From: a virus
Strand: one strand, 5' to 3'
Virus record (IMG/VR): IMGVR_UViG_3300029955_000013
Coordinates: 19,901 to 83,900 of that record
Length of the DNA: 64,000 nucleotides
Below the pieces are notes generated by a model, which was not told where the DNA came from, searched no databases, and was given only the letters and a program-made list of their open reading frames with translations. The position numbers and the translations under genes are program-made. The first letter of the stretch is position 1; each line of letters opens with the position of its first letter. Positions 1 through 10,063 of this stretch are shown here, in pieces.

Positions 1-2
1 GA

Positions 3-347
3 AACAACCAGCTTGCAATAGGCAGCGGAGGGACGACTTGGATAGGTGGCACCGGAGGGGCTATACAGATCCCCAACCTCGCAGGCTCAGGCTCGAGGGT
101 TGTAGTAGCCGACGCGTCAGGAAACCTAACTGCAACACAGCAGTTATCCAACATGTTCGTAACGGACGCTGACATTGTTGCAGCAATAACTGGGGCGACT
201 TACAACTCTGGAAACAATTTTACAGCAGCGATAACACCAGCAAGTCTTAAGGTGTTCAACCAGGGATTCTGGTACAAAGACCCGGCGTCAGCGTTCCTTT
301 ACTATGCCGTAGCAAACAACGCTTCATTCAGAATAACAGGCAGCTAA
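3..347 (+). CDS. partial CDS (5' end outside window), putative tail/virion protein C-terminus
   Basis: Frame is open from position 3; Gly/Thr/Ala-rich (NQLAIGSGGTTWIGG); stop overlaps next ATG. Confidence 0.6.
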   Translation, partial: NNQLAIGSGGTTWIGGTGGAIQIPNLAGSGSRVVVADASGNLTATQQLSNMFVTDADIVAAITGATYNSGNNFTAAITPASLKVFNQGFWYKDPASAFLYYAVANNASFRITGS

Positions 348-1636
348 TGATACCTTGCACGTCGTTCGTTTTTTCAGCCGGGAATCTCATACCATACATA
401 GACGGGTCATTCGTGCTGCGAATGGTAGGTCTAAGATTCCCGCAAACTGCTTCCACAAGCGTCGTGGGGGCTATATCTTTGACATTCAGCGCCCCTACGA
501 GCGTGTATGTTGACTTTGGAGACGGCAACTCGACTACGTATAACACTACGTCGTTTGGGGGTAATAACGTCTTCTACATGGGTGATAAAGGAATTAATTC
601 CACCCAAACCCTGCCACCGTACGCTACGGCGGTACACGTCTATGCGGACGAAACGTCTTCGCCAAGGATAATTTCGTTTAACTTCGACAACAACCTATTA
701 ACAGGCATAACCGTAGCGCTCATGATACTTTCGCATGGAGACCTGGACTTCGAGTTCGCTAATTACTCAAACTTGAAAACCTTCAATTTTCAGCAGGTCT
801 CTTCTGTAGTAAATTTGAATCTTTTAAACGCGTCATTGTCGAGCCAGTTAACAAGTATATATATAAACAATACTTTTACATCGACGTCTCCGTATTACAA
901 CTACATACCATTGGAATTGCTTAACATGCCACTCATCTCGCTTGGCGTTGGCACTGAGGGGTTCGGTGCATCAAATTTCGAAACTAACAATATGGCAAGC
1001 ATCGTAAATTGCGCCGCCACATTACAAACTCTAATAATACAGGGGGCCAACATAGGAGACGACGATCATGGCGAAGGCGCCCTGCCCGCCAACTTTGTCG
1101 ATTTAGTTAACCTGCGCAGCCTCGGTATATACGGGACCCTACACACGACATTTCCAGCCGTTATAAACAGCATGACCTGGCTAACAAGCCTCAATATGGC
1201 TTATACCGGCCACCTTACTGGTTTTGGCGACTTTTCGGCCCTTACAAACCTTACGGCCCTAAGCACCGCTTCTACCCCAAACCTTTCAGTTACGCTTCCT
1301 TCTTGGCTCAACAGCCTCATAAAATTAAAAAGCTGGAATTGGCTTGCAGTAGGCAGCACGATACCTGGCGCGCTTGACACGTTCGTCGGAAACATCTATT
1401 CTTTCGTGACGACGAACGCACCGATAACTGGCGTAAGCACGGACCCCTTCAGGAACATGTCATTCAACATCTCCCCTTACTATATCGGAGACGGCACCGA
1501 GATACCAAGCGGCACCTTCCAACAGCCAACTGGTTACATACTCGGCTCATCAAACGGATCGCCGGCATCGAGCCTGGAGATGATATGGGTCATGACGAAT
1601 CAGTACAAACACAGCTGGGTTTACAGAACAGTCTAA
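347..1636 (+). CDS. leucine-rich-repeat protein with PKD-like N-terminal motif, putative virion/receptor-binding protein
   Basis: VDFGDGNSTTY motif; LxxLxxLxL-type repeats (LVNLRSLGI, LTNLTALST, LIKLKSW). Confidence 0.6.
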   Translation: MIPCTSFVFSAGNLIPYIDGSFVLRMVGLRFPQTASTSVVGAISLTFSAPTSVYVDFGDGNSTTYNTTSFGGNNVFYMGDKGINSTQTLPPYATAVHVYADETSSPRIISFNFDNNLLTGITVALMILSHGDLDFEFANYSNLKTFNFQQVSSVVNLNLLNASLSSQLTSIYINNTFTSTSPYYNYIPLELLNMPLISLGVGTEGFGASNFETNNMASIVNCAATLQTLIIQGANIGDDDHGEGALPANFVDLVNLRSLGIYGTLHTTFPAVINSMTWLTSLNMAYTGHLTGFGDFSALTNLTALSTASTPNLSVTLPSWLNSLIKLKSWNWLAVGSTIPGALDTFVGNIYSFVTTNAPITGVSTDPFRNMSFNISPYYIGDGTEIPSGTFQQPTGYILGSSNGSPASSLEMIWVMTNQYKHSWVYRTV

Positions 1637-1656
1637 GTATATAAATAAATAAAACA

Positions 1657-2394
1657 ATGTGGAACTCAATTATCAGCTTCATTTTGGGCCTCTTCGGCTC
1701 GAATAAGGCAAACACAAGCCAAACACAACAAACGCCCGTAACGGAGCCCGTAACGCCAACCGCGAGCGTCCCTGCCGCACCTGTCGTAGAATCTCCCGCA
1801 GTTACGACGCCTGTCGCGGTCGCGCCTACCCTTGTCGTCGCGCCGGCTGTAAACTACGACAACCCTAAAATAAAAAACGCATACCCAAACGTACCCGTCA
1901 TACAATACCAGAAAACTTCCGTATCTGACGCTGACACGGTGGCGTACATGCTCGGCCTAAACCAACCACTTAACGTAAAGAGAGCCGCGTACACAATATT
2001 CTACATAGAGAGCGCTGACGGCAAGGACGGCTTGAATAACAACTACGAAGGGATTCAGGCGGACGGCGATAAGCTCGGGGAACCGTGGGACGATCTCGTA
2101 ATAGCTACGATCGTAGAGCCCGAGACGATGACCGGCAACCCGAGAAGGTTCTGCGTCTTCGCCAACTGGTCCGACCCTCTCGACTACCTTATAAACAGGG
2201 TATCAGGAAGGGGCCTTTACATAGGCGGCTACGCGCACCCCTACGCAAACATGAACGTCACCGATCCCACGTCGTTCGGCCTCGCTTACTACCGCGAATG
2301 GGTGGAGGGAGACGGAACGGCGACGCCTTCTGCAAGCGACCTAAACGACATCGTGGAGGTCTACAACAAGTCGGTAACAGTAATAACGAAATAA
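1657..2394 (+). CDS. putative glucosaminidase-like (GH73/lysozyme fold) cell wall hydrolase with Pro/Thr/Val-rich linker
   Basis: IES..G..G.NNNYEGIQA resembles ES.WG...NNLFGIK; TATAAATA at 1640 upstream. Confidence 0.4.
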   Translation: MWNSIISFILGLFGSNKANTSQTQQTPVTEPVTPTASVPAAPVVESPAVTTPVAVAPTLVVAPAVNYDNPKIKNAYPNVPVIQYQKTSVSDADTVAYMLGLNQPLNVKRAAYTIFYIESADGKDGLNNNYEGIQADGDKLGEPWDDLVIATIVEPETMTGNPRRFCVFANWSDPLDYLINRVSGRGLYIGGYAHPYANMNVTDPTSFGLAYYREWVEGDGTATPSASDLNDIVEVYNKSVTVITK

Positions 2395-2417
2395 AAAAGG
2401 GAGCATTTGCTCCCTTT
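2394..2417. terminator. bidirectional intrinsic terminator
   Basis: AAAGGGAGC-ATTT-GCTCCCTTT between convergent genes. Confidence 0.7.
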
Positions 2418-2790
2418 ACTTTTTGCCGAACCAGTCGTTCCAACTAACCCAACCATTACCCTCGTACACCTTGTTTGGCGCCGTCGGTATGTTGTCAGGC
2501 CGCTTGCAAGACTTATAATATCTACGCCATTCGTTGAAGCTCTTTATGTTGACATCGTGTATGAACGACCTCGCTTCAACGAATGGCAAAAACGTCTTCT
2601 TATTGTTTATCCAGTCGTTCCAGTTTACCCAGCCACGACCTTTGTAGAATAAGTAAGGGTTAGCCGGCACGTTAGCAGGGCGTTTCCCAGACTCCACGTA
2701 ATCTATCCAGTCGTTGTGCGTCTTTAGTTTAAGCCCATGGACAAACTCCCTCGCCTCCTCAAATGATAAAAAATCTCTCTTAGTGTTCAT
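2416..2790 (-). CDS. integrase-repeat (INT_rpt-like) protein
   Basis: Two ~60-aa repeats F.EAR.F...L.LK...W...P.N.P..P...Y...GW..W.DW. Confidence 0.7.
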   Translation of the reverse strand: MNTKRDFLSFEEAREFVHGLKLKTHNDWIDYVESGKRPANVPANPYLFYKGRGWVNWNDWINNKKTFLPFVEARSFIHDVNIKSFNEWRRYYKSCKRPDNIPTAPNKVYEGNGWVSWNDWFGKK

Positions 2791-2920
2791 AACTAAATTT
2801 TTACTCCTTCTATGTATGTGAACTTCGTCTTTCTTTCCGGTTTAAAACTTTAAATAAAAAATGTCTCGTATCTTACGAATACGAGACAAATATACAAACA
2901 AATCCCTGGTGTACAGCCGC

Positions 2921-3286
2921 TTACGAACCGTAATCAATTGCAACTATTCGGCCGTTTAGCCATCCGAAGCTGTCGCTCTTGTGCTCGACCGGAATTACAT
3001 AATCGCCCATATTGCAGAACTTCTCAACTTTGAAGTGCTTAAACTCTTCGTTTTTCATCACCGCGGCCCTCCTCATGACGTTCAGCAAGCCGAGTGGCAG
3101 ACTGAATACGATCTGGCAGAATTTATCGATCGGAAACGCACCTTCTTTAGCATACTCATAAGTCTTATACTCGAATACGTTTGAACGTAGGCCTCCGAGG
3201 AAGTCGGTATAACTATGAAGGGATGGCAGCTTAAACGCGTACCTACCTAAGCAAATAACCCACCTTGTTGCGCCTTTTCGTATCAT
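2921..3286 (-). CDS. hypothetical protein (possible degenerate kinase-like fold)
   Basis: GATRWV...AFKLP and C-terminal IDYG. Confidence 0.5.
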   Translation of the reverse strand: MIRKGATRWVICLGRYAFKLPSLHSYTDFLGGLRSNVFEYKTYEYAKEGAFPIDKFCQIVFSLPLGLLNVMRRAAVMKNEEFKHFKVEKFCNMGDYVIPVEHKSDSFGWLNGRIVAIDYGS

Positions 3287-3588
3287 TTTACTTTATAGAA
3301 CCTTACAAATTGATTCGGACTGTAATACGCGGAAACTATATCGTTATCTGGATACACACCTACTGCCTGCTCGACCACGAGAATCTGATCCTTGTCGTAC
3401 TGATCGGTGTTGTAGTTGTAGTGGCTCGAGTAGAAGGCATTATAGCAATATATTTTACTGCCGTCCACCATCTCGACGCAGTAGTGTATCTCGCCTGCCT
3501 TGTAGCTCATTTTATCCTCTGTTATGAGAATAAACATAAACAGCCAGATGAAAGCGATAAGTATAAGAATATCACGTATGAACCTCAT
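3283..3588 (-). CDS. hypothetical membrane-anchored protein
   Basis: N-terminal hydrophobic segment; overlaps both neighbours. Confidence 0.55.
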   Translation of the reverse strand: MRFIRDILILIAFIWLFMFILITEDKMSYKAGEIHYCVEMVDGSKIYCYNAFYSSHYNYNTDQYDKDQILVVEQAVGVYPDNDIVSAYYSPNQFVRFYKVK

Positions 3589-4244
3589 TAGTTGTAGAAG
3601 TTGATTAGCTTGTAACCGAGACGCCCTTCGACGCTATCTTTAGTAAGGTCGAGCCTTATCAGGCTGATGTCGTTCTTGGCGTAAATCTTGTTGGCCGCGA
3701 GGAACTCCTCCTTGTGGCCCTTGTAGACGAGTATCTTGTAGTAGTAGTCCGGTATGCTCAACTTGCCGAGCTTCTTGTCAGAGTAGATACAGCCAGTCGT
3801 AACGAAGACGCTATCGTACTGTAAAGCGACCTTCCTGGTGTAGTTCTCCACCATCCTCCACAAACCGCGGTTAAAACTCTTCACCTGCGGTGCGGCGTTC
3901 GTGTAAAGCATAGACTCGGCCTGTGCGATGCTGTCAAACCTAAAGTCGTCGTCTGGTGCGAGGTGACCGCGATCGTAAATGTCGTTGTACTCACTGCCGT
4001 TGCTCTGCAGCCTCTTAGGCAGTGAAGTATCCATCTTGAACGGCGTCCTGTCGTAAGTGCCTACTTCGTGAGCCTTAGTCAACCAATACTCGGTGTAAAG
4101 TGGAACGAACCTCGTCGTGTCGAAATCGCTAACGTAAAAATGCTTCCTCAAAACCACCGAAGGCGAACCGCCATCGTCGAAAGACAACATCAAGCAGACC
4201 ACAAAGAGATACACACAAGTCAATAAACCAATAATCCTCTTCAT
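3588..4244 (-). CDS. secreted DNA/RNA non-specific endonuclease (NucA/EndoG family)
   Basis: Signal peptide; YDRGHLAP, NAAPQ..SFNRGLW, IPDYYYK. Confidence 0.9.
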   Translation of the reverse strand: MKRIIGLLTCVYLFVVCLMLSFDDGGSPSVVLRKHFYVSDFDTTRFVPLYTEYWLTKAHEVGTYDRTPFKMDTSLPKRLQSNGSEYNDIYDRGHLAPDDDFRFDSIAQAESMLYTNAAPQVKSFNRGLWRMVENYTRKVALQYDSVFVTTGCIYSDKKLGKLSIPDYYYKILVYKGHKEEFLAANKIYAKNDISLIRLDLTKDSVEGRLGYKLINFYN

Positions 4245-4313
4245 TCATAAATTTTTACAAATGTAGTACAAAATCCTTGAATATGTCAAAACTGGAGTTA
4301 CATAACACCACAC

Positions 4314-4370
4314 CTGGAACTTTCTATTATAATATATACAATATATCCGTATATAGTGCGCGGATTTCAC
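4314..4370 (+). repeat. 57-bp inverted repeat, left copy
   Basis: Exact reverse complement of 23074-23130. Confidence 0.95.
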
Positions 4371-4390
4371 GGCCAGTATTTAAAAATAAG

Positions 4391-4846
4391 ATGAAAGCAA
4401 AGAAACTAAAACCTCTTAAGCCGCTGAAAACCATTGCAAAGATCAAAAAAAAGAGGAAAAAGAGGCCAATAACGAAGGAAACAGTAGGAACTTCTAAACT
4501 CGAAAAAAAATTCGGGGAATTCATGAATAGCATCGGGATTGAGTTTGATACACAGTTTCAGCTTTCGTGGAAATTCTACGACTTCATCATAAAGGACACC
4601 AATATAGTTGTAGAAATGGATGGTGACTTCTGGCACTGCAACCCTGCGGTTTACAAAAATGGTCCAATAAACAGCCAACAAAAGAAGGCAAAAAAAAACG
4701 ACAAGCTTAAAAATCACTTGGCGGAAGTGGCCGGCTACGACTTAGTAAGAATATGGGAAAAAGACTTCAAAGACAACCAAGACATGGTTAAAGAACTGTT
4801 ACTTAAAAAGCTCGAAAAGTATCATGAGAAGAAGAAAAATAAGTAA
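4391..4846 (+). CDS. Vsr/DUF559-like PD-(D/E)XK endonuclease
   Basis: FYDF...VVEMDGDFWH...GY.LVRIWE; start moved to ATG 4391 after TATTTAAA. Confidence 0.75.
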   Translation: MKAKKLKPLKPLKTIAKIKKKRKKRPITKETVGTSKLEKKFGEFMNSIGIEFDTQFQLSWKFYDFIIKDTNIVVEMDGDFWHCNPAVYKNGPINSQQKKAKKNDKLKNHLAEVAGYDLVRIWEKDFKDNQDMVKELLLKKLEKYHEKKKNK

Positions 4847-4865
4847 TATTTAAAATAAAAAATCA

Positions 4866-5519
4866 ATGTGTGATATAAACAAAAGCTGTTCTTGCGGTTG
4901 CAAAAAAGATCTTAAAGAGAGCATAGAAACCAAAAAGTTCATGATACTCGCGAAAGATCCTGACGGTTCGCTTGAGAGTATAATGAAGGCATTACAAACG
5001 AGAGGAAACACTGGTCACTCATTCTCTGTGGAAATGGACAAAGATGATGATGATGGCGGGGAAATTTTCGGTTGGGATGGCGACGGTGGAGCATACATAA
5101 AGAGCATCGAGGTGGAAACCATCGACGATAAGAAGAAGAAGAACAAGGAGGAACTCGACGAGGACGTGAAGGCTGACGATGCCGCGTATTACGAGAAGGA
5201 AGCAAAGGCCCTCGCCAAGAACGGCTACAAGAGGGAGGCGGCTAAAGTGAAAAACAAAGCTAAGCTCGCAGCGCAAGGCAAGCTCGTAGACGGTGAGCTC
5301 GTCGAGGCGAAGATGAACCTTAAGATCACGTCGAATACGAAGAGGGAGCTCATCAAGCAGGCCAAGACCGCGCTCGACTCGATATACAACATATACAACA
5401 TTTGCGAGAAGCAAGGCATAACTGTAGCGGCGTTCATGAGGGACCTTGACATGGCTTTCGAGGGGACAAACGAGATGCTGACCGCCTTGGTTATACAGGA
5501 CTCTGTGGAAAAGAAATAA
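4866..5519 (+). CDS. hypothetical late protein
   Basis: Charged 217-aa ORF after TATTTAAA, followed by hairpin terminator. Confidence 0.7.
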   Translation: MCDINKSCSCGCKKDLKESIETKKFMILAKDPDGSLESIMKALQTRGNTGHSFSVEMDKDDDDGGEIFGWDGDGGAYIKSIEVETIDDKKKKNKEELDEDVKADDAAYYEKEAKALAKNGYKREAAKVKNKAKLAAQGKLVDGELVEAKMNLKITSNTKRELIKQAKTALDSIYNIYNICEKQGITVAAFMRDLDMAFEGTNEMLTALVIQDSVEKK

Positions 5520-5633
5520 ATACTGATAAAAATGATTATAAATGACGACAATTAGTCGTCATTTTTTATTTATGATGAAATAAAATAAATTCAAAATAAT
5601 TAAAAAATAGCATATATAACCGGATATAAATAA

Positions 5634-8288
5634 ATGGCAAATAAAAAGAGTAATTTCTTCAACAATATGAGTAATTTCTTCAAAAAGGTCGACGGCAGCG
5701 ATCTGATGAAGTTTACAGACAACGGCATTAAGACGTTCGATACGCCTATCTCAAGGAGAGAACTCGATAAGAAAAGGGAACTCCAGGTGTTCAGGCAGTA
5801 CCTCCAGTCGAAGAACTGGACCCAGAAGCACATAGAGTTGTATGACGAATACAGGAGGATGGACAACACGTTCCCTATAATAAATGCAGCTATAAGGTTG
5901 TACGGCCAAGAGGTATGTTTGACTGGGGATACGATAGTTACCACGCCTGGCGGTGACAAGACCATAAGGGAGTTATACAATACTAAGAAGGACTCATTCT
6001 ACGTGAAGTCATTTGACAAGATGTTCAACAGGGTAGAGTGGAATGAGGCGACCAACATACAGAACAATGGTGTCAAGCCGGTATTCAAGGTTACCGTCGC
6101 GAGGAACATAAGCTACGACTCCGCGGAGTGGGACAACAAGCTCGAGGCGTCGTTCAAGTGCACCGACAACCACGAGATAATGGTCGGGCCTGGGTTGTTC
6201 AAGCAACTCAAGGACCTTAGGGTGGGCGACAAGATATGGTCTATGTATTACTCTGTAGACCCCGCATGTAGTTGTAAGGTGGCAAACTTCAACACTACTG
6301 TGATAGAGAGTATAGAATCGGCCGGCGAGGAGGAAGTATTCGATCTCGTACACGTGGTCCCTAACCACCACTTTATGATTAAGTTGACTGATAGCTTCTA
6401 TGTTAGCGTGCATAACTGTACGAAGGACACGGATGGTAACGTTATCAAGATCATAACGGAGGACAAGAGGATAAAGAAACTGCTCGAAGACTGCTTCTAC
6501 AAAAACCTAAAAATAAATTCAACATCGTATTACCACGTAAGGAGCCTGCTGAAATTCGGCAACCACTATTCCTTCTTGGACACGAGGCAGGGTGTAGGTG
6601 TACTTGATCTAATCCATCTGCCACCAGAGTCGATAAGGATACAACTTCTTGACAATTCAGCGAGCCTCGATGATTTCAAGTACACTTGGTACGGTCATGG
6701 TCTTGAGTTCGAGCCTTGGGAGATAGTTCACTGGAAGAACATAGAGGATCTTGAAACTGAGCCGTACGGCCAGTCGATCTTGAGGTCTATAGTAGACACC
6801 TACAGAAGGATAATACTGATGAGGGAGGCTATGATAATATACAGGATTACTCGTGCACCACAGAGGCTCCTTTTCAAAATAGATACTACTGGTCTTGGTG
6901 CTGACGATGCGCTTAGGTATGCTGCAGAGTTGAAGAAGCAGATGATGAAGAGGCCGCTTGTTAATCCAATGACAGGTGAGCTTGACTACAAGCATAATCC
7001 GATCTCTATTATGGAGAACCTTTACATGCCAACTGTTGAGGGTGATACGTCTGACGTTAGGGTGCTCGAAGGTGCAACTAATATGGGCGACCTCGAGGAC
7101 TACAAGATAATAAAGGACGATTTGTTTGCCGGCCTATTGATACCTAAGAGTTACTTGACGTTTGAGGAGGATTTGTGCCTTAGGGAGAACACAAAGATAC
7201 TTACCACAGACGGCGTCCTAACTATAGGCGAGATTTCGAGGCTCCTGGAGAGCGACGAGCCGAAGAAGATATACTCTTTATCTTCAAACAAGTATGGCAT
7301 CATACTTAGCGGCAAGATACTTTGGTGTAAAAAGACAAAAGTCGTGGATATGCTTTATAGGATAACCATAAATGGTAAGCACATAGTTGAATCGACGGAT
7401 AACCACCCATTCATGCTCGAAAACTTGAGCTACAGGAGGGCGGATGAGCTTAAGATCGGTGATAGGTTAAAAAACATATTTGATGAGGACTATTACGTTT
7501 CAGACATAGAGGTTTTGAATCTCGATGTCGAAGAATACGTGTATGACCTTGAGGTTGATGAGTATCACAACTTTGCTCTTGAGAGTGGTGTATTTGTTCA
7601 CAATAGTAACAAAGCCGCCCTCGCGCAAGAGGATTTGCGTTTCGCTGGTGCGATTAGGCAGTATCAGGGCAACTACATAGAGGGGTTGCTGCACATAGCA
7701 CTTGTCCATCTACACATGAATGGCTGTTCGCAAGAGGAACTCGGGTCGTTCCAGATACAGATGAACATAAACTCAACCCTTGCCGAGAAGACTAAGAATG
7801 AACTGTTGCAGCAGAGAATAGACCTTGTTAAGAGTGCTTGGGATCCTTCTAATCCTGGTCTAAATGTTATGTCTTACACTGATAGTTTGAAGGAGTTGCT
7901 TCACTACACCGACGAGGAGATTGAGAAGACTTTCAAGGACCAGATGATAGAGAAAAAGATAAACTGGAGACTTTCACAGTTGAATGAGAATGGGTTCTAC
8001 GAGGAGCCTGCAAGCGAGCAAAGGAAAGCATCGCTGCTTGGTATGAGCAGTGAGAACAACGTGTTTTCAAACCTTAACTTCGAGGGTGTTGATAGTACAC
8101 CAGATATTAAGAGAATACTAACAGAGAAGCTCAATATGGAAATAAATGCGTTGCTGCACAAGGTGACTGCGTCCCCGTCCTTGAAGATGATAGAGTCTGT
8201 TATAAGCGAGAATTATAATTATACGAGCAAGCTTAGCAAGACGAGGAGGAACGCAATACGTGTCAAGAAGGAATTGGGTCTCGATTAA
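5634..8288 (+). CDS. T4 gp20-like portal protein with two mini-inteins
   Basis: YGQSIL, LMREAMIIYRITRAPQRLLFKID, DLFAGLLIPKSYL, EDLRFA portal motifs. Confidence 0.9.
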   Translation: MANKKSNFFNNMSNFFKKVDGSDLMKFTDNGIKTFDTPISRRELDKKRELQVFRQYLQSKNWTQKHIELYDEYRRMDNTFPIINAAIRLYGQEVCLTGDTIVTTPGGDKTIRELYNTKKDSFYVKSFDKMFNRVEWNEATNIQNNGVKPVFKVTVARNISYDSAEWDNKLEASFKCTDNHEIMVGPGLFKQLKDLRVGDKIWSMYYSVDPACSCKVANFNTTVIESIESAGEEEVFDLVHVVPNHHFMIKLTDSFYVSVHNCTKDTDGNVIKIITEDKRIKKLLEDCFYKNLKINSTSYYHVRSLLKFGNHYSFLDTRQGVGVLDLIHLPPESIRIQLLDNSASLDDFKYTWYGHGLEFEPWEIVHWKNIEDLETEPYGQSILRSIVDTYRRIILMREAMIIYRITRAPQRLLFKIDTTGLGADDALRYAAELKKQMMKRPLVNPMTGELDYKHNPISIMENLYMPTVEGDTSDVRVLEGATNMGDLEDYKIIKDDLFAGLLIPKSYLTFEEDLCLRENTKILTTDGVLTIGEISRLLESDEPKKIYSLSSNKYGIILSGKILWCKKTKVVDMLYRITINGKHIVESTDNHPFMLENLSYRRADELKIGDRLKNIFDEDYYVSDIEVLNLDVEEYVYDLEVDEYHNFALESGVFVHNSNKAALAQEDLRFAGAIRQYQGNYIEGLLHIALVHLHMNGCSQEELGSFQIQMNINSTLAEKTKNELLQQRIDLVKSAWDPSNPGLNVMSYTDSLKELLHYTDEEIEKTFKDQMIEKKINWRLSQLNENGFYEEPASEQRKASLLGMSSENNVFSNLNFEGVDSTPDIKRILTEKLNMEINALLHKVTASPSLKMIESVISENYNYTSKLSKTRRNAIRVKKELGLD
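5916..6416 (+). mobile_element. mini-intein 1 in portal (167 aa, no endonuclease)
   Basis: Starts CLTGDT, block B CTDNH, ends VHN followed by Cys. Confidence 0.9.
7176..7604 (+). mobile_element. mini-intein 2 in portal (143 aa, no endonuclease)
   Basis: Starts CLRENT, block B STDNHPF, VYDLEV, ends VHN followed by Ser. Confidence 0.9.
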
Positions 8289-8348
8289 GTGTGTTCGCGT
8301 AGTTTAAAAAACAACGAGAATACTATTTAAAAAAGAAAATTATTAGTA

Positions 8349-8723
8349 ATGAGCATCTTACTGGACACGGGTATTATACAAGGCCTTGGTAATGATATTT
8401 TGGTATCCATAGGTGCTGCCGCTGCTTCATTGATTGGCGGTTACATACTTATCAGGGAGAGGATCCTGAAGAACGAGTTGAAAACCAACGCTATGTCAGA
8501 GTACATCGACGGGAAGTATCAGTTGCTCGAGAACAAGATAGCGGAACTGCAAAAAGACATATTAGAGTTCAAGCAGCTTAACAAGGAGACGACCAACTCG
8601 CTGATAGAAAATACGGCGGCCATAAGGGAATTAAAGGCTGTTCTCTACATACTAAAGGAACAGCTTGGCGTCAAGGGCGCCAGGAAGGTTCGGAACATGA
8701 TTGAAGATGAAATTGAAAATTAA
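8349..8723 (+). CDS. single-TM coiled-coil protein (possible holin)
   Basis: One hydrophobic helix then coiled coil; late motif upstream, terminator downstream. Confidence 0.45.
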   Translation: MSILLDTGIIQGLGNDILVSIGAAAASLIGGYILIRERILKNELKTNAMSEYIDGKYQLLENKIAELQKDILEFKQLNKETTNSLIENTAAIRELKAVLYILKEQLGVKGARKVRNMIEDEIEN

Positions 8724-8791
8724 TATAAATACGAGGCCACCTTATGGTGGCCTCTTTGTTTACTCTAATTAGTATTTAAAATTAAAATGCA

Positions 8792-9247
8792 ATGAGTCAG
8801 CCATCCGGTTTTAATACTTTTACTACTGATTACGACAAGGTTGATCTTATAGACATAAACACTTGGGCGTACAAGAAGACTTACGATGAGAAGCCTTTCC
8901 TTGTTGTGCCGAATTATAAGTTTAACTTAAAGCTCGGCGACACGATGCCTTGTTTCAGATGCTTCGTAAAGAAACTTGGGGAGCAATTCGGCGACCCAAT
9001 AACGTTGCCGAACTTGGACCAGTACGTTATATACTTGAATGTATTTAACTACAGCGACAACATAATATTCAAGGGCAGGATGAATATAGTTAATCTTTCG
9101 TTGGGTGAGCTTGGCTATCAGATGACGCACCTGGACTTCTCTTGCGCTGGTGTTTATTACGCCGAAGTGGAATTCACAGACCCTAACGGGATGATATTTA
9201 CGCTGCCGGACACGCATATTAAGTATGAAATAATAGTAAGAGAGTAA
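8792..9247 (+). CDS. BppU-N-like baseplate/virion protein
   Basis: KLGDTMP...GELGY...D...AGVYYAEVEF...TLP pattern. Confidence 0.55.
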   Translation: MSQPSGFNTFTTDYDKVDLIDINTWAYKKTYDEKPFLVVPNYKFNLKLGDTMPCFRCFVKKLGEQFGDPITLPNLDQYVIYLNVFNYSDNIIFKGRMNIVNLSLGELGYQMTHLDFSCAGVYYAEVEFTDPNGMIFTLPDTHIKYEIIVRE

Positions 9248-9669
9248 TGTCAAGAGGCCAAACAAACTTTTGGAACAACGGCCAGGTTAAGTGGGTCGAC
9301 AAGACCAACAACACGCCTGCACAAGCTGCCGTGGTGCCTTCGTACAACGACATATTAACGCAGAACCTGATAGGCTGTGATGTTAAGACGGACATCGTAA
9401 ACGTGTCCATGAAGATAGAAAAGAATGGCACCATACTGAAGCTTTTCAACATAGCTGATATAGTTTCTTGGCAGATTGACAACAACATAATAAAGCTGTT
9501 TATGAAGTCTTCGGCTCCTTATTCACTTCTGTTCATATCGGTTGCGCAAGCCGTGAAGGCGGACCTGAGGATGTATCTCATTACAAACGGGAACGACATA
9601 CAAGGCTGCGACGATGACCAGGCTTACGTTTGTGGCTCTATTGGAAACTTAAACGCAATATTTGAATAA
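9247..9669 (+). CDS. hypothetical virion protein
   Basis: Coupled ORF in late operon. Confidence 0.65.
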   Translation: MSRGQTNFWNNGQVKWVDKTNNTPAQAAVVPSYNDILTQNLIGCDVKTDIVNVSMKIEKNGTILKLFNIADIVSWQIDNNIIKLFMKSSAPYSLLFISVAQAVKADLRMYLITNGNDIQGCDDDQAYVCGSIGNLNAIFE

Positions 9670-10034
9670 TGCTTACAGGATCAGATTTTTTCTCGGATGG
9701 CAGCCCGATGTGGAGCCCGGTGTACAACAGCTCAAAGGCGGTTACAATAATTCCCGTTTCGCAGGGCCAGAACAACGTCCTGGAGGGGCTCGTGTGTAAC
9801 GACGTGGAGGTGGACAGCAACACGGCTTGTTTCACTGTTAATAAAAACACACAGTTCATATTCGTGGAGAGGGCGCAGATAAACGTCATACAGGTACAGG
9901 GGTCCATGCTGACGGTAAATACGATGGACAACGTGCCGTACGTCATGGTGTTCGTTGACTCCGCCAATATGAATTCGGCATTGACGAGAATAACCGCGAT
10001 GATGAATGGCGAATTTGATCCAGGTTGTGCATAA
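9669..10034 (+). CDS. hypothetical virion protein, probable paralog of upstream gene
   Basis: Similar layout (N.L..L.C.DV; PY.L.F). Confidence 0.6.
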   Translation: MLTGSDFFSDGSPMWSPVYNSSKAVTIIPVSQGQNNVLEGLVCNDVEVDSNTACFTVNKNTQFIFVERAQINVIQVQGSMLTVNTMDNVPYVMVFVDSANMNSALTRITAMMNGEFDPGCA

Positions 10035-10063
10035 TAGTTAATATTTAAAAAACAAATTAATAA

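Noticed and set aside
2416-2790. Integrase or prophage boundary
   Set aside because: Only the repeat unit is present; no recombinase catalytic domain or att site.
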